Part shown: one piece after another, positions 50,144-60,214 of the stretch
How the letters are laid out: every line of letters starts with the position of its first letter
Numbering within the stretch: the stretch's first letter is position 1
Assembly (NCBI GenBank): GCA_963823555.1
Contig: CAWGMA010000001.1
Coordinates: forward strand, 672,001 to 736,000
DNA length: 64,000 bases
Reading direction: 5' to 3'
Origin: Candidatus Eiseniibacteriota bacterium
GTDB taxonomy: Bacteria; Eisenbacteria; RBG-16-71-46; CAVPCR01
Notes under the pieces: model-generated
The model's input: only the letters and a program-made list of their open reading frames with translations
The model's database searches: none
What the model was told of the DNA's origin: nothing
Made by a program: the position numbers and the translations under genes

Positions 50144-52945
50144 ATGCGGGAGCTTTCCAGGGAGCGCTGGCGCCAGATCGACGATCTGTTCGCAGCAGCA
50201 CTAGACAAGCCACGCGGGGAGCGCCCGGCATTCCTCGCCGCGGCATGTGGCGCGGATGCCGATCTGCGCCGGGAGGTCGAAGCGCTCCTCGAGACCGAAG
50301 TCGAGGCCGCCGAGAAGCTCGGCGACTCGGCGCTCGAGTTCGCCGCGCCCCTTCTTCCGGGCCTCGAGTCCGAACTGCGCGGCCCGAAGGATGCCGGACA
50401 TCAGCCGGGCGAGCTGATCGGCCCCTATCGTCTCCTCGGCACCCTCGGTCACGGGGGGATGGGCACTGTCTATCTCGCTGAGCGCATCGACGGGGAATAT
50501 CACCGGCGCGTGGCGCTCAAGCTGGTTCGGCGCGGCATGGACACGGAGGAGATCCTCCGCCGTTTCCGCTACGAGCGCCAGATCCTCGCCTCGCTCGAGC
50601 ACTCTCACATCGCGCGACTCTACGACGCAGGCGCGACACCTGATGGGCAGCCGTTCCTGGTCATGGAATACGTCGACGGGCAACCGATCGATACGCACTG
50701 CGATGCGCGGCGGCTCACGATCGACGAGCGGCTGGACCTCTTCCGGCAGGTCTGCGAGGCGGTCCATCATGCGCACCGGAACCTCGTCGTACACCGCGAT
50801 CTCAAGCCCTCGAACATCCTCGTCACCGCCGACGGTACGGTCAAGCTCCTCGACTTCGGCATCGCCAAGGTGCTCTCCACCGAGGAGCCCGGACTCACCA
50901 TGACGAGCGCCCGCCTCTGGACTCCAGCCTATGCGAGCCCCGAGCAGGTGCGGGGCGCTGCCATCACCACGGCCACCGATGTCTACTCGCTCGGCGTGCT
51001 GCTCTATGAGCTACTGACCGGAGCCTCACCTTACGGGAACCTGAGCGCAGCCCAGGGCATCGCTATCGATCGCATCCTCGAGACCGAACCTGAGCGCCCG
51101 AGCACGATCGCGGCCGTGTGTTCCGACAAGGCTGCGGCCGCGCGCCGGGTCAGCGGCCGCCACCTCGCGCGCAAGCTGCGCGGCGATCTCGACACGATCG
51201 TGCTCAAGGCCCTGCAGAAGAGCCCGCAGCGACGCTATGCCACGGTGGATCGCCTGGCCGCTGATATCGAGAACTATCGCCGGGGGCTGCCGGTCAGCGC
51301 CCGTCCGGAGACGGTGTACTACCGCCTCGGCAAGTGGGCGGGCCGCCACCGGCTCGCCGTGGTCGCCACCACCCTGGGGCTACTCCTGCTCGCCGGCCTG
51401 AGCGCCTTCACCACGAGCGCGTTCCTGCGCGTCGTGATGTTCGTGCTGCTCGCCGGGGGAGTGGTCCTGGCGGCCGTGCTGTTCGCAGCGGCCGAACGCG
51501 CCCGGCGCGCCGCCAGGCAGTTCCAGGTGCTCGCCGAGGCTCATCGCACCAAGGCCGATCAGGTCAGCGCGTTCCTCAAGGACATGCTGAGCTCGATCCA
51601 TCCGGATCTGGCCCGGGGACAGGACACCTCGCTCCTGCGCGAGCTCCTGCGCCGAGCTTCGCAACGCGTGGAGAGCGAGCTGGCCGACCAGCCGCAGGTC
51701 GCTGCCGAGATCCATCGCACCATCGGCAGCACCTATCTGAGCCTCTCCCTCTTCGATCTGGCCGAGTCGCATCTGCGGGCGGCCGAGTCCTTGCAAGGGG
51801 TGGAGGAGGATCCGGTCGCCTGGTGCGATACGCAGCTCGCGCTCGCGATGCTTCATTTCAGACAGGGAAGGTACGATCGGGCGCAGGCGATCCTCAACGC
51901 GGCGGAAGGCGCAGTTCCCGAGTGGGATCCCGTGCGAAAGACGGAACTACTACGGTACCGCGCCAAGCTCTTCGAAACAGCGGGCAATCCCGAGGGCGCC
52001 GAGGCGGGATTCCGCGAGCTGCTTCAGTTCGTGCTCACGAACTTTCCCTCCGACCACATCGAGGTCGGGCTCGCCTGGCATGCGCTCGGGGCGTTCCTCA
52101 CCTTCTATGCAGGGCGGGAGGAGGGGGAGAGGGCGCTGCGTGCGGCCATCGCCGTTCTGGGACGTCCGCGCTATCGGGGAGGCGCTTCCTACCTCGCCGC
52201 GATGAACGCGCTCGGCACGAACCTGGTGAACGGCAAGCGATACGCCGAAGCGGAGCCCATCTATGTCGAACTCGTGGCATCAGCGAGACGGACCCTTGGC
52301 GATGAGCACGTCGAAATGGGAGCGTATCTCAACGGCTACGCTCGGCTGTGCGAGCTCAAGCGCGAGTTCAGTGCCGCGGAGAAATTCTACAAGGAAGCGC
52401 TCGGGATCAACGAGCGCGCCTTCGGCAGCCACCATCGCGACGTCGGCACCTCCTGGAACAACCTCGCCTTTCTCTACTTGCAGGAAGGGCGCTATGCGGA
52501 GAGCGATCGCTGCTACCGGGCGGCCATCGACATCTATGAAATGGTGCTCGGGAAGGAGCACCCGTGGGTGGCGTTCGCCCGCGAGAACCACGCCTTTGCC
52601 CTGCTCGAGAAGGGTGACCTCGAGGCGGCGGAAGCCAATCTCGGCTGGGCTCTCGGTCTTCCGCGCGAGCGCATCGAACGCATCGCCAACTTCGAGGCCA
52701 TCTGCGAGTGTCTCCTCGGCGCCTGCCGGGCCGAACTCGGGGATGACGCCCAGGCACGTCCGCTTCTCGAGAAGCGCCTTCCTGAGCTTGCCGCGGCCTA
52801 CGGGTCCTCTCATCTGCTGGTGCGAGCGGGCACGCGTCGCCTGGCCGACATCCTCGCCCGCGCCGGGGAAATGGCGGCCGCCGAGCGCCTGCGCGCGGAG
52901 GGGGGTCAGACGGATTCGCCCTTCGCCGCGCCTGCCGGTTCCTGA
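50144..52945 (+). CDS. Membrane Ser/Thr protein kinase with TPR domain
   Basis: GHGGMGTVY, HRDLKPSN, DFG, YASPE; hydrophobic segment; TPR repeats. Confidence 0.93.
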   Translation: MRELSRERWRQIDDLFAAALDKPRGERPAFLAAACGADADLRREVEALLETEVEAAEKLGDSALEFAAPLLPGLESELRGPKDAGHQPGELIGPYRLLGTLGHGGMGTVYLAERIDGEYHRRVALKLVRRGMDTEEILRRFRYERQILASLEHSHIARLYDAGATPDGQPFLVMEYVDGQPIDTHCDARRLTIDERLDLFRQVCEAVHHAHRNLVVHRDLKPSNILVTADGTVKLLDFGIAKVLSTEEPGLTMTSARLWTPAYASPEQVRGAAITTATDVYSLGVLLYELLTGASPYGNLSAAQGIAIDRILETEPERPSTIAAVCSDKAAAARRVSGRHLARKLRGDLDTIVLKALQKSPQRRYATVDRLAADIENYRRGLPVSARPETVYYRLGKWAGRHRLAVVATTLGLLLLAGLSAFTTSAFLRVVMFVLLAGGVVLAAVLFAAAERARRAARQFQVLAEAHRTKADQVSAFLKDMLSSIHPDLARGQDTSLLRELLRRASQRVESELADQPQVAAEIHRTIGSTYLSLSLFDLAESHLRAAESLQGVEEDPVAWCDTQLALAMLHFRQGRYDRAQAILNAAEGAVPEWDPVRKTELLRYRAKLFETAGNPEGAEAGFRELLQFVLTNFPSDHIEVGLAWHALGAFLTFYAGREEGERALRAAIAVLGRPRYRGGASYLAAMNALGTNLVNGKRYAEAEPIYVELVASARRTLGDEHVEMGAYLNGYARLCELKREFSAAEKFYKEALGINERAFGSHHRDVGTSWNNLAFLYLQEGRYAESDRCYRAAIDIYEMVLGKEHPWVAFARENHAFALLEKGDLEAAEANLGWALGLPRERIERIANFEAICECLLGACRAELGDDAQARPLLEKRLPELAAAYGSSHLLVRAGTRRLADILARAGEMAAAERLRAEGGQTDSPFAAPAGS

Positions 52946-53029
52946 GGCTTGCTTGGACCGCGACCTGTCCCGCTGCTAGACTCCGCGCCACGCTTCGAAG
53001 CGAAATCCAACGCCTACGGAGGGCGGCCG

Positions 53030-54583
53030 ATGGCTCGCCGTCAAGTCCCACGCTCACGCCGGGTCGTCATCGACGGCCGATCGCTCAAGCTCGAGGATGT
53101 CCTCTTCGTGGCTGGCGGTCGGGCGCGGTTGGCGCTCTCGCCACGAGCCCGGGTCGCGATGCGCCGCTCACGCCACCTCGTGGAAGCTGTTCTCGCCGGC
53201 AATCGTCCCGTCTACGGAGTCAACACCGGGTTCGGAGCCCTGGCGCGGGTGGTGATCCCGCCGCGGGAACGTGCGGAGCTGCAGCTCAATCTTCTCCGCA
53301 GTCACGCCGCAGGCGTGGGAGAGGCGCTACCGCCGGTCGTGGTGCGGGCGGCGATGCTCCTGCGGGCCAACTCGCTGGCTGCCGGGCACTCGGGTGTCCG
53401 CCCGGTCGTGGTCGAGCGGCTCATCGCCCTCCTGAATCGCGGTGTGACGCCGGTGGTCCCGGCCCAGGGCTCGGTCGGGGCGTCCGGCGATCTGGCCCCG
53501 CTCGCGCATCTTGCGCTCGTGCTCGTGGGCGAGGGCGAAGCCTGGGTGGTAGGAGAACGGCTCGATGGAGCCACGGCTCTCGCTCGCTCGCGAATCGCCC
53601 CGCTCCGGCTCCAGGCCAAGGAAGGCCTCGCTCTCGTGAACGGCACGCAGATCATGACCGCGATCGGCATCCTCGGACTCGCCGAGGCGCGGGCGGTGCT
53701 CGGGGCGGCGGAGGTGGCGGCCGCGATGTCGATCGAGGCCCTCCTCGGGAGCCATGCGCCGTTCGATCTCCGCCTCGCGCGGGCGCGTCCTCATCCCGGC
53801 CACGAGCGCGTGGCGCGGCGGATGCGCCGGCTTCTCCGTCCATCGGCCATCAACCGATCACACCAAGACTGCGGTGTGGTCCAGGATTCGTACAGCCTGC
53901 GCTGCGTGCCGCAGGTGCTCGGCGCCTCGTGGGACGCGCTCGAGCACGTGGCTCGAGTGCTCGCCGTCGAGATCAACGCGGTCACCGATAATCCACTCTG
54001 CTTCCCCGAGTCGGGAGCTGTGATCTCCGGCGGGAACTTCCACGGGCAGCCGGTCGCGCTCGCCCTCGACTACCTGGCGATCGCTCTGGCCGAGGCCGGT
54101 TCCATCTCCGAGCGGCGAACCTTCAAGATGCTCGACGCCGCCCGATCCGGGCTACCGCCCTTTCTCACCAAGCGCGCAGGGACGCAGTCCGGGCTCATGG
54201 TGACCCAGTACACGGCGGCGGCGCTCGTCTCGGAGAACAAGGTCCTGTGCCATCCGGCGAGCGTCGATTCGATCCCCACCTGCGCCGATATCGAGGACCA
54301 CGTATCGATGGGCCCGATCGCGGCGCGCAAGGCGAGAGCCGTGGTGCGGAACGTGGCGCGGGTGATCGCAATCGAACTCCTTGCCGCCGCCCAGGCGCTC
54401 GAGTTCCGCCGCCCGCTGACCGCTGGACCGGGCGTCGAGGCAGCCCATGCGTGGGTGCGCTCCCGCGTGGCGACCGTGAAGAGCGATCGGGCGCTCAGCC
54501 GCGACATCGAGATCCTGGCGCGCGATGTGCTCGGTGGAGCCTTCGCGCCGCCGTTCCCCAGGCAGAGGTCAGCGCAACGCTGA
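53030..54583 (+). CDS. hutH: Histidine ammonia-lyase
   Basis: YGVNTGFG, LRSH, GSVGASGDLAPL (MIO), QDSYSLRC.PQV, SGGNFHGQP, EDHVSMG. Confidence 0.93.
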   Translation: MARRQVPRSRRVVIDGRSLKLEDVLFVAGGRARLALSPRARVAMRRSRHLVEAVLAGNRPVYGVNTGFGALARVVIPPRERAELQLNLLRSHAAGVGEALPPVVVRAAMLLRANSLAAGHSGVRPVVVERLIALLNRGVTPVVPAQGSVGASGDLAPLAHLALVLVGEGEAWVVGERLDGATALARSRIAPLRLQAKEGLALVNGTQIMTAIGILGLAEARAVLGAAEVAAAMSIEALLGSHAPFDLRLARARPHPGHERVARRMRRLLRPSAINRSHQDCGVVQDSYSLRCVPQVLGASWDALEHVARVLAVEINAVTDNPLCFPESGAVISGGNFHGQPVALALDYLAIALAEAGSISERRTFKMLDAARSGLPPFLTKRAGTQSGLMVTQYTAAALVSENKVLCHPASVDSIPTCADIEDHVSMGPIAARKARAVVRNVARVIAIELLAAAQALEFRRPLTAGPGVEAAHAWVRSRVATVKSDRALSRDIEILARDVLGGAFAPPFPRQRSAQR

Positions 54584-54590
54584 TGCAACG

Positions 54591-56900
54591 ATGGCGTTGA
54601 CCCCCGGCACCCGCTTCGGATCCTACGAGATCGTCGCGCTCCTCGGTGCCGGCGGCATGGGCGAGGTCTATCGTGCGCACGACCGGCGTCTTGGACGTGA
54701 CGTCGCGTTGAAGCTCATCCCCGAAGCCTATGCTCGCGATGCCGCCCGCCTCGCGCGGTTGGAACAGGAGGCGCGCGCTGTCGCCGCGCTCAATCATCCG
54801 AACATCGTCATCCTGCACTCGATCGAGGAGAGCGAGGGGCTCCGCTTCCTGACCATGGAGTACGTCGAGGGCGAAGACCTCGCCCGGCTCGTGTCGCCGG
54901 GCGGGATGGTGCTCGGCAGGCTCATCGCGATCGGTACGGCCATCGCTGACGCCCTCGGCGCCGCACACGCGAAGGGCATCGTGCACCGCGACTTGAAGCC
55001 AGCCAATGTGATGGTGACCCGCGATGGACGGGTCAAGGTGCTCGACTTCGGGGTGGCAAAGCTCCTTACCCCCCCGGATCTCGAGTCGACCGTGGCGTCG
55101 CGGGCAATGCAGGTGACGCCCATGACCGGTGCCGGCGGCATGCTGGGCACGGTGCCCTACATGTCACCCGAGCAACTGGGTGCCGATCCCGTGGACGGGA
55201 GGTCCGATCTCTTCGCGCTGGGGATCCTCCTCTACGAGCTTGCCGCCGGAAGGCATCCATTCGCGGGAAAGAGCCTGTCGGAGGTGAGCGCCGCCATTCT
55301 GCGGGATACGCCGCCCTCCTTGACGGCGCATCGCCCCGATCTGCCACCGGACCTGAGCCGCATCGTGCGCCGCTGCCTGGAGAAGGAACCGCAAGCCCGC
55401 TATCAGGCTGCGCGGGAGGTGGTTACAGATCTCGAATCGCTCCGTGGTGGACCTGAGCGGATCGTCCGCGGCGCGGCGATCTCGACGCCGTTCGCTGCCA
55501 GCGCACCCTCGGTCGCCGTTCTGCCTTTCGTGAACCTGAGCCCGGATCCGGAGAACGAGTACTTCGCGGATGGCTTGAGCGAGGAGCTCCTGAACGTCCT
55601 GACCAAGATCCGCGGCCTGCGCGTGGCCTCGCGCACCTCGGCCTTCAGCTTCAAGGGCAAGGGGATGGATCTCCCGACCGTGGCCGAGAAGCTCAAGGTG
55701 GCAACGATCCTCGAGGGCAGCGTGCGCAAGGCAGGGACGAGGGTGCGCATCACGGCGCAGCTCATCCACGTCGCCACCGATTCGCATCTCTGGTCGGAGA
55801 CGTACGACCGCGAGCTCGATGACATCTTCGCCGTGCAGGACGATATCGCCCACTCGGTGGTGAAGGAACTCCGGGCAGCGCTCCTGGGGGAGGTTCCCGA
55901 CACGGCGACCCGGGCCGATCTCAAGGCGGAGCTGGCCATGGCCGCCAGGGGCCGGAGTGCGAATGCCGAGGCCTACCGTCTCTACCTCGAGGGGCGGTTC
56001 TTCGTGGATCGCCACAGTCGCGAGGATTTGACGCGCGGTATCGCGTGTCTGCGGCGCGCCCTGGAGATCGCGCCCGACTATGCGATGGCCTGGGCGTTGC
56101 TGTCACGAGCCCACTCGCTCGAATCGGGTTGGGCCTGGGTGCCGGTCACTGAAGGCTATGATCGGGCGCGAAGGGCGGCGGAACGGGCGCTCGCCCTCGA
56201 GCCGGACCTCCCCGAGGCGCACGTGGCGCTCGGTGGCGTGCGCATGGTTCATGACTGGGATTGGAAACGCGCGGCGGAGTCCATCGCTCGCGCGCTCGAA
56301 CTGGCTCCGGGGAATGCGGATGTCGTCCGTGCCGCCGCGATCCTCGCCGGCGTTCGCGGCCGGCTCGAGGAAGCCATCATGCTCGATCGTCAAGCGGTCG
56401 AGCTCGACCCGGTGAGCGTGCCTCCGCTCCGGAACCTGGCCGTGCACTGTCTCGCGGCCGGCCGGTTCGGCGAAGCGGAGGAAGCGATCCACAAGCTCCT
56501 CGAGCGGAATCCGCAGAGCAACTACTCGCACTATCTCCTCGGGTTCGTTCACCTGGCGCGGGGGCGTGCCGAGGAGGCGCTCGGTGAATTCCGGCGCGAG
56601 CCGGGCGAGGCCGCTCGCCTCCAGGGGATCGCTCTAGCCCACCACGCGGCCGGACGGGCGGCGGAGTCCGATGCGGCGCTCAGCGAAGTCATTGCCCAGT
56701 GGGGTGGAGACAGCGCGTATCAGATCGCACAGGTGTTCGCCTTCCGCGGCGACGCCGATCAGGCCTTTGCCTGGCTCGATCGTGGCTACGCAAGTCGAGA
56801 CCCGGGCCTCTCCGACATGAAGACCGACCGGCTGCTCGCCCATCTGCATCGCGATCCGCGCTGGGGCGAGTTCCTGGAGAAGATGGGACTCGCTGGCTGA
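54591..56900 (+). CDS. Ser/Thr kinase with TolB-like and TPR domains
   Basis: GAGGMGEVY, HRDLKPAN, DFG, YMSPEQ; SVAVLPFVNLS...EYFADGLSEELL; TPRs. Confidence 0.92.
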   Translation: MALTPGTRFGSYEIVALLGAGGMGEVYRAHDRRLGRDVALKLIPEAYARDAARLARLEQEARAVAALNHPNIVILHSIEESEGLRFLTMEYVEGEDLARLVSPGGMVLGRLIAIGTAIADALGAAHAKGIVHRDLKPANVMVTRDGRVKVLDFGVAKLLTPPDLESTVASRAMQVTPMTGAGGMLGTVPYMSPEQLGADPVDGRSDLFALGILLYELAAGRHPFAGKSLSEVSAAILRDTPPSLTAHRPDLPPDLSRIVRRCLEKEPQARYQAAREVVTDLESLRGGPERIVRGAAISTPFAASAPSVAVLPFVNLSPDPENEYFADGLSEELLNVLTKIRGLRVASRTSAFSFKGKGMDLPTVAEKLKVATILEGSVRKAGTRVRITAQLIHVATDSHLWSETYDRELDDIFAVQDDIAHSVVKELRAALLGEVPDTATRADLKAELAMAARGRSANAEAYRLYLEGRFFVDRHSREDLTRGIACLRRALEIAPDYAMAWALLSRAHSLESGWAWVPVTEGYDRARRAAERALALEPDLPEAHVALGGVRMVHDWDWKRAAESIARALELAPGNADVVRAAAILAGVRGRLEEAIMLDRQAVELDPVSVPPLRNLAVHCLAAGRFGEAEEAIHKLLERNPQSNYSHYLLGFVHLARGRAEEALGEFRREPGEAARLQGIALAHHAAGRAAESDAALSEVIAQWGGDSAYQIAQVFAFRGDADQAFAWLDRGYASRDPGLSDMKTDRLLAHLHRDPRWGEFLEKMGLAG

Positions 56901-57108
56901 GTCGACCCGCGGGGCTGCGAGCGTGGGCTGCGTCCTTGCATTGAGGGCGTCGATGTGGGCAGACTGGGCTGGTCCCGCGGCGCTCAGGCAAACTCGGCCT
57001 CGGTCCCGGCGGGAGGCAGAGTCGCCCTGGTCCCGGCCGACATCGTCTCCCGTCCACTGGCGCCGGGCGCGCACCAACCGACTTTCTCATGTCACAGGAG
57101 GATTTGTC

Positions 57109-57459
57109 ATGGGTTCGAATGTCATGCTGTTCGGGTGGAATCGTTCCATTCCTGGACGGGAGAAGCTGAGCGGTGACCACTTCCAGGATTTCGTGCAGTA
57201 CATGGACGGATTGCAGAAGGGCGGCAAGCTGCAGGGGGTCGACGTCGTCTTCCTGAATCCGCATGGCGGGGATCTGAATGGGTTCTTCCTCATCCGTGGC
57301 GAACCCGCTCAGCTCGAGGCCCTGGTCGCGAGCAAGGAGTGGGTCGCCCATATGATGCGGGCAGGCATGCATCTACAGGCCTCAGGCGCGGTCCTCGGGG
57401 TCACCGGGAAGATGGCCATGGAGCGCATGGAAATGTGGAAGCAGTTGATCCCGAAGTAG
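57109..57459 (+). CDS. Small hypothetical protein
   Basis: SD AGGAGG; LNPHGGDLNGFFLIRG; plausible codon usage. Confidence 0.75.
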   Translation: MGSNVMLFGWNRSIPGREKLSGDHFQDFVQYMDGLQKGGKLQGVDVVFLNPHGGDLNGFFLIRGEPAQLEALVASKEWVAHMMRAGMHLQASGAVLGVTGKMAMERMEMWKQLIPK

Positions 57460-57515
57460 TGTTGGTTGCTCTCGATGGTCCTTGTAGGTTGGGGCCCGAT
57501 CACCGTTGCAGGGAG

Positions 57516-57541
57516 CGGGCAGCCCGTGCACGGGCTGCCCG
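57516..57541. terminator. Perfect 26-bp palindrome between convergent genes
   Basis: cgggcagcccgtgcacgggctgcccg equals its own reverse complement. Confidence 0.55.
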
Positions 57542-57551
57542 TGCGCGCATC

Positions 57552-58304
57552 TCAGTGAGCGTGGCGAAGGAGAGCGATCGTGGCGATGCCGGCGAGAAGC
57601 AGCAGGAGCTGGCGCAGCGCTACTCCGGGTCGCACCTGCCGGTTGAGCCCGGGGATCAGGTCGGCGGCGGCGATGTAGATGAAGCTCGCCGCGGCAAGCG
57701 CCAGGACATAGGCAACGACCCCGCGCGCGGCGACCAGCCAGAAATGGGCCGCGATGGCACCCGGGATCGTGGTCGCCGCTGACAGCAGGTTGAGCCAGAG
57801 CGCCCGGCCGCGCGCCATTCCGCTGTCGAGGAGGATGGCGAAGTCCCCGACCTCCTGCGGCAGCTCATGGGCGATGACGGCAAGAGCCGTGGCCACACCG
57901 AGCGGGATCGAGGTGTGGAAAGCGGTGGCGATCACCACCCCATCGACGAGATTGTGCAGACCATCGCCCACCAGGATGAGGGGCACGGCGCGACTGTGCA
58001 CGTCGCACTCCGCCTCGTGGCAGTGTCGCCAGAGCACGACCTTCTCGAGGATGAAGAAGAGCACGAAGCCGGCGAGGACGCTGGCGGTGACGGTGACGGC
58101 CGGCGCGTGCTCGAGGGCGGCGGGAATCATGCCGAGAAGGGCCGCGGCCAGGAGCGTGCCCGTGGCGTAGCTCACAAAGCAGGGGACGAGGACGCGGCGG
58201 ACTCCGGCCGGGAAGGCGAGCATCAGGGCGGCTCCAGCCAGGGCACCGATGCTGCCCAGCAGGCTGAAGATGACGATCCACGGCAACAGGTCTGAAGTCG
58301 GCAT
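57552..58304 (-). CDS. ZIP family divalent metal transporter
   Basis: WRHCH, GDGLHNLVDG, AHELPQEVGDF, FIYIA..DLIP. Confidence 0.92.
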   Translation of the reverse strand: MPTSDLLPWIVIFSLLGSIGALAGAALMLAFPAGVRRVLVPCFVSYATGTLLAAALLGMIPAALEHAPAVTVTASVLAGFVLFFILEKVVLWRHCHEAECDVHSRAVPLILVGDGLHNLVDGVVIATAFHTSIPLGVATALAVIAHELPQEVGDFAILLDSGMARGRALWLNLLSAATTIPGAIAAHFWLVAARGVVAYVLALAAASFIYIAAADLIPGLNRQVRPGVALRQLLLLLAGIATIALLRHAH

Positions 58305-58339
58305 GTGCTCTCCGCCTCTTCGCGTCGAGCCTCAGTGCA

Positions 58340-58882
58340 TCATCGTCGCGCCTCGTCAGTCGACTCGATCGAACTCCGCCCGTGAAACACCGCCTCCGCG
58401 CTCGCGCGGACCTCGCCATGCTGACTGACCTCGGCGTGAACCCGGTACCAGGGCGGCCGGGAGTGAATCACCTCAGCGTGTACGGTCGCCGGGATTCCGA
58501 TCTTCACCGCTTGCCGGAATCGCAGCTCCATCTTCACCGTGTACGCCTGGAGGCCCCGGCTGAACAGGCAATGCGTCATGGCCGCATCCAGTAGCGTGGC
58601 GATGATTCCGCCGTGCAGACGATCGGGATACCCCTGGTAGTGCGGGTCGCTGTCGAAGCGAGCACTGACGCCGCCACCGTTCTCGTAAGCGAACTCGAGG
58701 CCGAGCCCCCCCTCGCGCCGCGGCCGGCAGCCGATGCAGGCGGGATGGCAGGTGGCGCGCAAACGCCACATGGCCAGGGCTGCCCTCCCCGGCTTGTCCA
58801 GTGCAAGAGTGGCCGACGGCGATTCATCTTGTCGAGTGTTCACCGGCGATCCTCCTCCACCTGGTGGCGGCGGTTGCTTCAT
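58340..58882 (-). CDS. PaaI-like hotdog thioesterase (start uncertain)
   Basis: HPACIGC, YQGY...LHGGIIATLLDAAM; ATGA overlap with upstream gene. Confidence 0.8.
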   Translation of the reverse strand: MKQPPPPGGGGSPVNTRQDESPSATLALDKPGRAALAMWRLRATCHPACIGCRPRREGGLGLEFAYENGGGVSARFDSDPHYQGYPDRLHGGIIATLLDAAMTHCLFSRGLQAYTVKMELRFRQAVKIGIPATVHAEVIHSRPPWYRVHAEVSQHGEVRASAEAVFHGRSSIESTDEARR

Positions 58883-59271
58883 GAATGATGGCCGCAGCCC
58901 GTTCCTGCCACGCGGGGCAGGAGTCCCTTCGCGAAGAGCCTGGCCGCATCGCCGGCGCGATCGACGGAGCAGACATAGGGTTCGATTCCGCGAGCGTTCA
59001 GATCCCGGACCAGGCGCGGTCCCAGGGCGCGGGTGATCAGCACCTGACAATCAGACAGGGCCGCGGTCAGCCCGTCATGAGAGTGATGTTCGCCCCGGTG
59101 CACAGGCGCTGTTCCATCGCATTCCCCGAGCGCGTGTGCCGTGAAGGTGTTCGGTCGTTCCTCGACTGCACGTACGGTCTCACCATCGATGTCGAAGATC
59201 AAGATCCCCCGGCAACGGCCGGTATGGGTGGCGACATGCTCGCCGTCGTCGCTTGCTACCGCAATCCTCAT
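58879..59271 (-). CDS. NifB/NifX family metal-cluster-binding protein
   Basis: MRIAVAS, HTGRC, His-rich loop, DC.VLI...LGPR. Confidence 0.8.
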   Translation of the reverse strand: MRIAVASDDGEHVATHTGRCRGILIFDIDGETVRAVEERPNTFTAHALGECDGTAPVHRGEHHSHDGLTAALSDCQVLITRALGPRLVRDLNARGIEPYVCSVDRAGDAARLFAKGLLPRVAGTGCGHHS

Positions 59272-59315
59272 GATCGTCCCTCCTTGATGACCCGATCCGG
59301 CGGTTCGTTCTGGAA

Positions 59316-59347
59316 ATGAGCATATGACCACAATGGCCAGGGGTCAA
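59316..59347 (-). promoter_or_regulatory. Sigma70-like promoter with palindromic operator over the -10
   Basis: Minus strand TTGACC-17 nt-TATGCT; imperfect palindrome ATGAGCATATGACCAC at 59316-59331. Confidence 0.55.
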
Positions 59348-59485
59348 GCGCCTTGGCGGAGCGGGTTCCGGAGGTCGTCTGTTATGCTCCGTGGTCGTGG
59401 CTCGAGCCGGTCCCCCGGCGTGGGTCCCGAAGGACTTGCGGGGCATCGACTTGGCCATCAGGGTGCGGGGCGAGAGGGAGCCGCC

Positions 59486-59866
59486 ATGCTGATCCGAATG
59501 CTCTTGATCGGTGCCGGCGGGTTCGCCGGGGCCATCCTCCGCTACGGAATGGCCGGCGCGGTGCAGAGGCTCTTCCCGGCAACCACGTTCCCCTGGGGGA
59601 CGCTCGCCGTGAATCTCCTGGGATGCCTCGTGATCGGTGTCGCGACCGGACTCGCGGACTCGAGACAGGTCTTGACCGCCGAGGCCCGGATGTTCCTCCT
59701 GATCGGCGTGCTCGGCGCGTTCACGACATACTCGACGTTCGGGTACGAGACCTTCGCCCTGCTGCGTGATGCCGAACACATGCGAGCTCTTCTCAACGTG
59801 CTGGCCCACGTGCTCGTCGGTCTCGCCTGCGTCTGGCTCGGGTATGTCCTCGCGGCGTGGGGGTAG
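59486..59866 (+). CDS. crcB: Fluoride channel Fluc/CrcB
   Basis: GGFAGAILRY, FPWGTLAVN, G.LGAFTTYSTF. Confidence 0.95.
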   Translation: MLIRMLLIGAGGFAGAILRYGMAGAVQRLFPATTFPWGTLAVNLLGCLVIGVATGLADSRQVLTAEARMFLLIGVLGAFTTYSTFGYETFALLRDAEHMRALLNVLAHVLVGLACVWLGYVLAAWG

Positions 59867-59871
59867 CAGGG

Positions 59872-60213
59872 ATGGTTCTGCCCAGAAACGGCAAGCTGCT
59901 GCGGATCTTCATCGGTGAAAACGACCGCCACGAAGGAATGGCGCTCTACGAGTGGATCGTCCGCGAGGCCCGCCGCCGCGGCCTGGCCGGGGCGACCGTG
60001 CTCCGTGGCCTCGAGGGTTTTGGCGCTCATAGCTTGCTGCACACGGCCAAGATCCTCCGGCTCTCCACCGACCTGCCCATTGTCGTCGAGATCGTCGACA
60101 CCGAGGAGAACATCGAGTCCTTTCTCGTGGTCATCGATGCGGCCGTCGAGGAGGGGCTCGCGACGGTCGAGAAGGTCGAGGTCCGGTTCTATCGCCCTGG
60201 AGATCGCAAGTAG
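59872..60213 (+). CDS. DUF190 (PII-like) protein
   Basis: LLRIFIGE.D, LAGATVLRG.EGFG, LS.DLPIVVEIVD; typical crcB neighbour. Confidence 0.9.
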   Translation: MVLPRNGKLLRIFIGENDRHEGMALYEWIVREARRRGLAGATVLRGLEGFGAHSLLHTAKILRLSTDLPIVVEIVDTEENIESFLVVIDAAVEEGLATVEKVEVRFYRPGDRK

Positions 60214-60214
60214 G

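Noticed and set aside
59350..59485. Fluoride riboswitch upstream of crcB
   Set aside because: I could not find the GGCGATGG...TGATG/TAATG..CC core on either strand; a covariance search would be needed to exclude it fully
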